From a virus (Duplodnaviria; Caudoviricetes): DNA of 64,000 bases. The notes beneath the pieces were generated by a model, which searched no databases, was not told the DNA's origin, and saw nothing but the letters and a program-made list of their open reading frames with translations. The stretch is taken from the IMG/VR virus record IMGVR_UViG_2595698393_000001, positions 1 to 64,000 of that record; one strand, written 5' to 3'. Every line of letters begins with the position of its first letter. The stretch's first letter is position 1. Of this stretch, positions 57,174 through 64,000 are shown one piece after another. Made by a program: the position numbers and the translations under genes.

Positions 57174-57566
57174 TTACAAACAAATTACAGCCACTCCAGT
57201 ACCTATCTTAGTATATCTCAATACCCTCATTGGATTTCTTTCATTAATCAAATCAAATCGGTATCTATCCATATACCCTACAGCGGTGTAAAGTTCTGTT
57301 CCTTGCTCGTCTATTAATACTAGTTTTGTTATTGTGCTTTTTCCATCTTCCACTAATATGCCATCCATTTTCCAACCTCCTGCTATCACATTTAATTTTG
57401 ATTGATGCAATACACCGTTAATTACTAATATCGCTTCTGTAGGCTCTCCGCATTTACCTAAGAACGTAGGAACTGTAAAAGACATATTTAGTTCTTCGTA
57501 TTGTGTTTCGTGCTTACCACAGGATAGTAGGGTTAAAATCGCTAATATGTATAGTAGTTTTTTCAT
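57174..57566 (-). CDS. lipoprotein
   Basis: MKKLLYILAILTLLS-C lipobox. Confidence 0.75.
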   Translation of the reverse strand: MKKLLYILAILTLLSCGKHETQYEELNMSFTVPTFLGKCGEPTEAILVINGVLHQSKLNVIAGGWKMDGILVEDGKSTITKLVLIDEQGTELYTAVGYMDRYRFDLINERNPMRVLRYTKIGTGVAVICL

Positions 57567-57748
57567 TTTCTATGTATAAATTAATTCCCAAGAATCACAC
57601 ACAAAATCATTTAGTTTTATTATTGATGTGTGTTTTTCTGAATTTTCATTTAAACAAGTATGTTTTTTTAATTTTCCATCGTAAAAACTTTTACAAAATT
57701 TACAATCCTTGCATTTAGCAGGTCTTGTATGTGTTGTTGTTCCCATAA

Positions 57749-58231
57749 TTATATCTCTTTAGTTAGTTTCAGTTTGTAAGGTATTAAATCCTCTATTGTG
57801 TTTATTTCGTCATTAAAACAATCAATCCTATCTTTTAATTTATAGAATATTAAATCTGTAGAAGTTGAATGCTCTGTAATCCAATAAGAATACTCGCTAT
57901 CATCACAAATCATAAAACCTGCAAACAAAACCTTTTCTTTTGCTTCCTCATATTCTCTTAAATCTTCCTCGTAACATTCTTGCGGATATTTTTTCATTCC
58001 GAACTCTGGATTATAATCTGTACTTATAACTAAGTTTAAAGGAACTCCATCTTTACAGGGAACAAACATTTCTAGTTTTATTTCTTGTGATAGAAACTTA
58101 GCGTATTTGGCTATATCAAAATATCTTTTAGCTCTATTTGAGTTTTGGTGAGATAAAGATTGAACTTCGTAACCTTTTTGGTTTTCCATTTCAATAACAT
58201 ACTCAACCATTGTTTTATCTAGTACTTTCAT
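57749..58231 (-). CDS. conserved Flavobacteriia phage protein
   Basis: YAKFLSQ, MFVPC, YEEAKEKVLF, TIEDLI. Confidence 0.7.
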   Translation of the reverse strand: MKVLDKTMVEYVIEMENQKGYEVQSLSHQNSNRAKRYFDIAKYAKFLSQEIKLEMFVPCKDGVPLNLVISTDYNPEFGMKKYPQECYEEDLREYEEAKEKVLFAGFMICDDSEYSYWITEHSTSTDLIFYKLKDRIDCFNDEINTIEDLIPYKLKLTKEI

Positions 58232-58251
58232 AATTTACTTATTTAAGTGTT

Positions 58252-58512
58252 TTAGTTCCATAATTTATTTTCACACATCTTTAAAAGAATATTTAAGTCG
58301 TCTATATCTTGTTTGTAATCTGTATTTAAACCACAACTCAAATCTTTATATATTTCATGCTTCTGAAGGTTCAGAGCTTGATTCATAAGGCATTTTTCAT
58401 TTTCAGAAAACAGATACTTAAATAGTTTTATTTTAAATCTATCAATTAACTTTATTTTCTCAGGATAACAATCAAATTTTATTTTCCTTTTTCTAATTAT
58501 TAATGATTCCAT
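58252..58512 (-). CDS. hypothetical protein
   Basis: Part of the antisense island. Confidence 0.6.
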   Translation of the reverse strand: MESLIIRKRKIKFDCYPEKIKLIDRFKIKLFKYLFSENEKCLMNQALNLQKHEIYKDLSCGLNTDYKQDIDDLNILLKMCENKLWN

Positions 58513-58528
58513 AACTCCCCTTATTTTT

Positions 58529-58729
58529 TTATTGATTATTAATTTCTTCTACTATATTTTTAACTAAATCTCTTGGACTGCAGGTTTTTATCCAGAAGTC
58601 GAACGATTTTAATTTTGACATTGTACAACCTAGTCTAATTTCTTCTACAGGACCTTTTTTTAAGGTCATAGTTTGCTGCATTTTATTTAGCAGATTGAAT
58701 GTTTTTGTTTCTTTTATTTGTTTTGTCAT
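58529..58729 (-). CDS. hypothetical protein
   Basis: Part of the antisense island. Confidence 0.6.
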   Translation of the reverse strand: MTKQIKETKTFNLLNKMQQTMTLKKGPVEEIRLGCTMSKLKSFDFWIKTCSPRDLVKNIVEEINNQ

Positions 58730-58950
58730 GGCTTAAATAATAAATAACTGTTATTTCCTTCTCTTACTTTAATCAATTTATTTTCGTATAAATGATTCAA
58801 TATGTCACGTAAAGAAGAAAAATCAATGTTCAACTGCATAGAAACTTGAACCGGAGTAATACCTGATTTGCCACCTGACTTTTCATGGTTAGCACCTATA
58901 GACTCTAATACCTTAGCAATTAATTCTTTATCCATAATACATATTAACAA
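58726..58950 (-). CDS. small winged-helix protein
   Basis: LRDILNHLYENKLIKVREG; probable start at MDKELI. Confidence 0.55.
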   Translation of the reverse strand: MLICIMDKELIAKVLESIGANHEKSGGKSGITPVQVSMQLNIDFSSLRDILNHLYENKLIKVREGNNSYLLFKP

Positions 58951-59041
58951 ACTTATACTAAAATTTGATACAATATAGTAAAAATGTATTGATTGTTTTT
59001 ATTAACTTTGTTTTTAATATAAGTTTTATCTATACTACAAC

Positions 59042-59746
59042 ATGGCCTATTTAATTGACAGGATATATTCCACAGTAAAATTCTTTGTAAACACTGATGT
59101 TAGGGGCAATGTGAAGCCTTCTGATTTCGATAAAGCATTATTTGATGCTATACAAGGACGAAATGAAGAGTACTTTTCTGACATAAGTAGATTCATAAAT
59201 AAGCAGAATAGAGGTTTAATGCCTAACTTTTTAGAGAATCTAGCAGATAGATTTAGAGAAAAAGTAAACCATTACCTGGTTGACGAGGAAGATTTAGTGC
59301 TTGCATCAGAATCAACTAACAAATATGTGCTACCTGAAAACTATAGATACATAGACGAAATTTCCATTGCTGGCACAACTTCTTTTGAAGAATGCAAGAG
59401 CTCAAAGGAATTTAATATTGTAAAAACATTAGCAACAACACAATATCCTGCATTGCTTAAAGTAGGTAACACAATTAAAATTTATCCAGAAACAACGGAA
59501 GCCGTATCGATAACATACCTAAGAACAGTAAACTATCCTAAATGGACTAACGTTGTTGTTAATGGAACCGCATTGTTCAATCCTTCTGCTTCGGATTTTT
59601 CGGATGCAGACATACATCCAAGCGAAGAATTTGAAATTACAAGAAGAGTTTTGTTGGCGTTTGGAATAAACCTTAAAGAGCAAGATATTCAACAAGTAGC
59701 AATGGCTCAGGAAAATACAGATTTCAATCAAGATAACGCTTCATAA
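59042..59746 (+). CDS. tail ring / head-tail connector protein
   Basis: LPENY, IKIYP, ITYLR, PKW motifs; position after capsid operon. Confidence 0.7.
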   Translation: MAYLIDRIYSTVKFFVNTDVRGNVKPSDFDKALFDAIQGRNEEYFSDISRFINKQNRGLMPNFLENLADRFREKVNHYLVDEEDLVLASESTNKYVLPENYRYIDEISIAGTTSFEECKSSKEFNIVKTLATTQYPALLKVGNTIKIYPETTEAVSITYLRTVNYPKWTNVVVNGTALFNPSASDFSDADIHPSEEFEITRRVLLAFGINLKEQDIQQVAMAQENTDFNQDNAS

Positions 59747-59748
59747 TT

Positions 59749-60558
59749 ATGCCGATCCAAACAGCACAAACATATCACGAAAACGAAGACCTTCACGGAG
59801 GCTACCAATTTATAACGCTAAAAAGTGTTGTGGATCAAATGCTATTAAGAACTACAGACTCAGAAAACTACTTAGCGAACACTAAGCGAAGTCTAATCGT
59901 AATGCATCTTAAGGATGTTCTGCAAGAGCTAACTCATGAAGTACAGAAAAACATAAAAGCTGTAGAAAGAACCGTTGGCCCTTCTTTGAGATTTCCTTTA
60001 GAACAAGATTATGTTGATTGGGTTTCGGTTTCATTGGTTGGAGAGGATTTCAAATTATATCCCTTAAATATAAACAACGATATACCGACAGCTATAAGCC
60101 ACTTACAAGACAGTAACTATAACTTACTATTTGATAGCGAAGGAAACACGCTTAACGCTAATGGTATAAACGCATACGGCAAACCTTATAAGAAGTATTC
60201 TTTTTGTTTTCATGGTAGCCAAGGAAACTTAGACACTTCTAAGTTATCAATGTATGGTGAATTTGTAATAGACAAAAAGAACATACTTTTTTCTTCGGAC
60301 TTACTAGATAAAGAGGTTGTTATTCATTATTTATCTGATGGATTAGAGTTGCATAATTTAAAAGAAGAGGAAATTGAGATTCCAAAAATGCTTAAAACAG
60401 TATTAACTCAATGGGCTTACTTCAATATTATATCTGAAAGGAGAACTGTTCCTGCTAATGAAAAAGACAGGGCAAAAAAAGCATACCAATCATCATTGCA
60501 TAAAGCTAAAATACAGAAATCCAATTTCAGCTTAAGAGAAATATTTAGACTAGCGTAG
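59749..60558 (+). CDS. tail ring / tubular protein
   Basis: LEQDYVDWVSVS, VVIHYLSDG; position. Confidence 0.65.
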   Translation: MPIQTAQTYHENEDLHGGYQFITLKSVVDQMLLRTTDSENYLANTKRSLIVMHLKDVLQELTHEVQKNIKAVERTVGPSLRFPLEQDYVDWVSVSLVGEDFKLYPLNINNDIPTAISHLQDSNYNLLFDSEGNTLNANGINAYGKPYKKYSFCFHGSQGNLDTSKLSMYGEFVIDKKNILFSSDLLDKEVVIHYLSDGLELHNLKEEEIEIPKMLKTVLTQWAYFNIISERRTVPANEKDRAKKAYQSSLHKAKIQKSNFSLREIFRLA

Positions 60559-60577
60559 TCAACCAAAATTATATAAA

Positions 60578-63500
60578 ATGAAGAAGTCTTTCGTAAATGG
60601 TAGAATGAATTTAGACATCGACAACAGATTGTTGGAGGATGGAGACTACCGCGAAGCAACCAATATAGAAGTTGTTAACTCCGAGGGATCGGATGTTGGG
60701 GCTATAGAAAACTCTTTGTCTAACAAAAAGCTGACTTCTATTGACTTTGGTTCCAATCCTATTGAGATAGGAAAATACGAAGATGAATTTAGAGACAATC
60801 TGTATTGGTTCGTAAAATCTGATACAGGAACATTTTTAATTGAATGGGATGAAACCAACAAAGTTTCTAGTACTGTACTTAAAGATACTAGAACCGAAGA
60901 TGTTGATAGGGTTTTAAATATAAAAGAAGATTTTTTAATAACCGGCATTGTTAAAGTACTAAGCGAAGATCCAGAAAAGGATTTACTTATGTGGACTGAC
61001 AACAATATGAATATTTGTTGCATTAATATTTCCAGAGCAAAAACATGGGGCGAGAACAATTTTGAAGAAGAAGATATTTTCTTAATCAAAAAGCAACCAA
61101 AATTCGCCCCAAAAATTACACCTACATACTCTTCTGAGGAAAGCAATTACTTAGAAGAGATATTTATGTCTTTTGGCTACAGATACAAATACTTAGACGG
61201 CGAAAGAAGTGCTGTTTCTACATACTCCAACTATAACTTTAATCCAGGTAAATTCAAAATGGATTATCAGTCTATGGAAAACATAGGCATGGTGAACGCT
61301 TTTAACGCGGCTAGAATCACTTTTGATACGGGACCAAAACAAGTTACTGATATTGAGATTATATCAAAGCAGAGCAACTCTAATAACCTATACCTTATAA
61401 CTTCATTCAATAAAGAAGAAGAGGGATGGGCTGACGACGTAGATAAGAACTATGTATTCTCTAACAATAAAATCTACCAAATTTTGGCAGAGAAAGAGCT
61501 ATACAGAACTTTTGACAATGTGCCTAGAAAAGCTAAGGCATTAACCTTAACGGAAAACATACCGACAATAGGAAACTACGTAGAAGGATATGATATTGTA
61601 GACGAAGACGATAACTCAATTAAAATGGACTACACTATAGATGTGAAGTCAAATGATGTAAGTGGTGAGGAATTATCAAACTCTATAGGAGCAACGGAAA
61701 CTACTTTTACATTTACAATACCAACAACAATAGAATTAAACCAAAATACGCGTCTTATTTTTAACTTAGACCTTGGTAATTCATTATACGATGGTGAATA
61801 CTTAGACACACTAGAGTATATTCTTACAGAAGATTTTGATAACGCAGCAGGTTTGGCCGCTAATGATGATTTTAAGTTTTTTATAGGAACCATATTGACC
61901 GCTAAATTTATAACTGAATACGATATTGATGTTGATGATGCATGGACTTTATCTAGTAACATTCCTTTTTCTGTATCTGGAAGCACAACAACTACAATAA
62001 CTATAAAGGCGATAACCTTAGTTTATACCGTAGATGATACTCCTAATGATCCTGGAGATAACCCTACTAATACACATACAGAAAACCTATTGTTTAAATT
62101 CAATAGCGGATCAAGTGCATTTTTTAGCAATGTAGAGACAGTATCAAGTTGTAAAACGAATAGAGAATATGAAGTAGGTATAATTTATCAAGATAAATGG
62201 GGTAGAAAATCTACAGTTCTAACATCTTTGAATAATACTATTTATATTCCTCAAGAATTAAGCACTTTACAAAACAAGCTGCTAATAAACATAAACCACA
62301 ATGCTCCTTATTGGGCAGACTCTTATAAATTAGTAGTAAAATCAGATGCATTACAGTATCAGACTATCTATGCTACAGTTTATTATCCAGATGGTGTTTA
62401 TAGATGGGTTAAGCTAGAAGGAGCTAACAGAGACAAGGTTAACGAAGGAGATACTTTAATTGTTAAATCTGATCTTAATGGACCTATAACCTCTTTACTT
62501 AAAACAAGAGTGTTAGAAGTTGTAAATAAGGATAAAGATTTTATAGAAGGAAATACCGATTCCGAAGACAACGATATTATTGAAGAATCTGGACTTTACA
62601 TGAAAATAAAGCCTAGTGGATATGATATGTCTTATTCTGAAAATGCTATTATAAATATTGACCAAGTAAGATCCGCAGGGAAAAACAGGCAAGAAAAATT
62701 TATTAACGAAAACATACTAGAAGCATTTTTCGGTGACGAAGCCAAAAGAACAGCCTGGAAAAACTCTACCGATAATAATGATTTAAAGAAACCTGCAGTA
62801 GTAATAAAAGACTTCAATAGCTATAGCGAAGACGGTACTTTTGAAAATGCTATTGAAATTGTGGCAGGAAGTAAAATAAACATATTCCTTAAAGTAGCAG
62901 AAGACGGTAATGGTCCAGACTTTAATAAAGAATACATTGTTGCTTCTACTTATGACAACATAAAAGATTGGTGGGAAGAGGAAGTTGTAGACTTAGGATC
63001 TGTAGATGATGAATTTGACATTAATTTTGAGGAAGTAGGAGGTGAAGTAAGAATACTTATTCAAGGAGATAATACCGGAAGTCCTGCAAGCAAAAAACAA
63101 TCTGTATTAACTGTAGTTATAGATGCGATACTAGTTGAAGGACTTGTTGTTTTTGAAACAGAAACAAAACAATCAGAAGACTTTAAGTTTTACGAGACTG
63201 AACAAACTTTTGAAATAATAGACGGTAAGCATCAAGGTAATTCTCAGAACCAAACTAGCTCACTACCTGCGATTATAGACTTAGATTTCTTTAATTGTTA
63301 TGTGCAAGGAAATGGCGTTGAAAGTTTCAGGATTAAAGATGCTGCAAACTCAAACTTCCTAAACATTGATTTAAAGCCTACTGCAACATCTATAGAAAAA
63401 TATAAAGAAACTAGAAGGTTCGCGGATTTAACATACGGAGAAGGATATGTTGAAGAAACTAATATGAATGGATTGAATGTATTTAATACCTCCCAATTAA

Positions 63501-64000
63501 ACTTTAAATTATTAGAAAAACAGAACGGACCTATACAATTCTTATTTACAAGAGATAGAAATATAGTTGTTTGGCAGGGAGATAAAGCCGGATATGTTTT
63601 ATTTGGAAGAGATTTGCTTACAATGGCTAACGGAGATACTGTTATTTCTGGAACCCCTGAAATATTAGGTGAATATGTTCCATACCAAGGAGAAAACGGA
63701 TGTGGAGAAAATCCAGAAAGTATTGCATGGGATTCTTATAGATTCTACTATGTAAATCCCAAAATGGGAACACCAATTAGACTATCTATTGACGGTACCA
63801 GTGAGATAAACTATGGAATGGTAAATTTCTTTAGAGAGTTATTCATTAATAACCCTAGTTCTAAAAAATTAGGTGGATATGATCCATACCACAAAAAATA
63901 TGTTTTATCAACAGAAGATGAAGACTTAACAGTATTCAACGCTTATTGCGGAAACACAATAACAAAAGACATTACTGAGGCTTTTACATACATATTGAAT
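60578..64000 (+). CDS. tail stabilisation / muzzle protein (P22 gp10-like, crAss type), partial
   Basis: Absent from the ORF track because it runs off the window; MKKSFVNGRMNLDIDNRLLEDGDYREATNI, LMWTDN, FGYRYKYLDGE, GGYDPY. Confidence 0.8.
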   Translation, partial: MKKSFVNGRMNLDIDNRLLEDGDYREATNIEVVNSEGSDVGAIENSLSNKKLTSIDFGSNPIEIGKYEDEFRDNLYWFVKSDTGTFLIEWDETNKVSSTVLKDTRTEDVDRVLNIKEDFLITGIVKVLSEDPEKDLLMWTDNNMNICCINISRAKTWGENNFEEEDIFLIKKQPKFAPKITPTYSSEESNYLEEIFMSFGYRYKYLDGERSAVSTYSNYNFNPGKFKMDYQSMENIGMVNAFNAARITFDTGPKQVTDIEIISKQSNSNNLYLITSFNKEEEGWADDVDKNYVFSNNKIYQILAEKELYRTFDNVPRKAKALTLTENIPTIGNYVEGYDIVDEDDNSIKMDYTIDVKSNDVSGEELSNSIGATETTFTFTIPTTIELNQNTRLIFNLDLGNSLYDGEYLDTLEYILTEDFDNAAGLAANDDFKFFIGTILTAKFITEYDIDVDDAWTLSSNIPFSVSGSTTTTITIKAITLVYTVDDTPNDPGDNPTNTHTENLLFKFNSGSSAFFSNVETVSSCKTNREYEVGIIYQDKWGRKSTVLTSLNNTIYIPQELSTLQNKLLININHNAPYWADSYKLVVKSDALQYQTIYATVYYPDGVYRWVKLEGANRDKVNEGDTLIVKSDLNGPITSLLKTRVLEVVNKDKDFIEGNTDSEDNDIIEESGLYMKIKPSGYDMSYSENAIINIDQVRSAGKNRQEKFINENILEAFFGDEAKRTAWKNSTDNNDLKKPAVVIKDFNSYSEDGTFENAIEIVAGSKINIFLKVAEDGNGPDFNKEYIVASTYDNIKDWWEEEVVDLGSVDDEFDINFEEVGGEVRILIQGDNTGSPASKKQSVLTVVIDAILVEGLVVFETETKQSEDFKFYETEQTFEIIDGKHQGNSQNQTSSLPAIIDLDFFNCYVQGNGVESFRIKDAANSNFLNIDLKPTATSIEKYKETRRFADLTYGEGYVEETNMNGLNVFNTSQLNFKLLEKQNGPIQFLFTRDRNIVVWQGDKAGYVLFGRDLLTMANGDTVISGTPEILGEYVPYQGENGCGENPESIAWDSYRFYYVNPKMGTPIRLSIDGTSEINYGMVNFFRELFINNPSSKKLGGYDPYHKKYVLSTEDEDLTVFNAYCGNTITKDITEAFTYILN

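Noticed and set aside
46172-62817. Numerous minus-strand ORFs overlapping terminase, portal, phosphoesterase, capsid and tail genes (e.g. 46991..47551, 49880..50389, 60646..61146)
   Set aside because: Antisense shadows of real genes, with Ser/Phe/Leu-rich composition and no motifs
1-64000. Stop-codon reassignment as in some crAss-like phages
   Set aside because: Long genes are open in the standard code, and TAG and TGA serve as normal stops

Overview
The whole window is a segment of an AT-rich Bacteroidota (probably Flavobacteriia) tailed phage; no host genes are visible. The terminase/portal/capsid/ring/muzzle gene order suggests a crAss-related podovirus similar to the Cellulophaga phi13:2/phi19:3 group (inference). 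Layout: a leftward replication/recombination arm (1-14156); a rightward block of small genes followed by a tyrosine integrase (14432-18950); a leftward early operon (19017-22375); a ~1.2 kb non-coding switch region; a rightward middle operon (23632-32622); a fibre/spike and lysis cluster (33344-45078); then terminase, portal, scaffold, capsid and tail genes running off the right end. Four non-obvious signals stand out. (1) An integron-like array of gene cassettes separated by 122-124 bp attC-like hairpins with fixed AAC-N8-GTAT...ATAC-N5-GTT geometry, each cassette having self-complementary ends. (2) Two self-cleaving ribozyme folds (pistol and hammerhead) at gene junctions of the early operon, downstream of an rRNA-type boxA-like element. 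(3) Six fibre/tailspike-like genes with Sec-type signal peptides, including a duplicated two-gene module with constant ends, variable middles and a shared C-terminal KNQxLIYWRY tag. (4) Two promoter-proximal attenuator-like RNAs of identical architecture. At least six genes are broken by single-base losses in homopolymers, most likely sequencing error. All protein calls come from motif recognition by eye; no searches were run.
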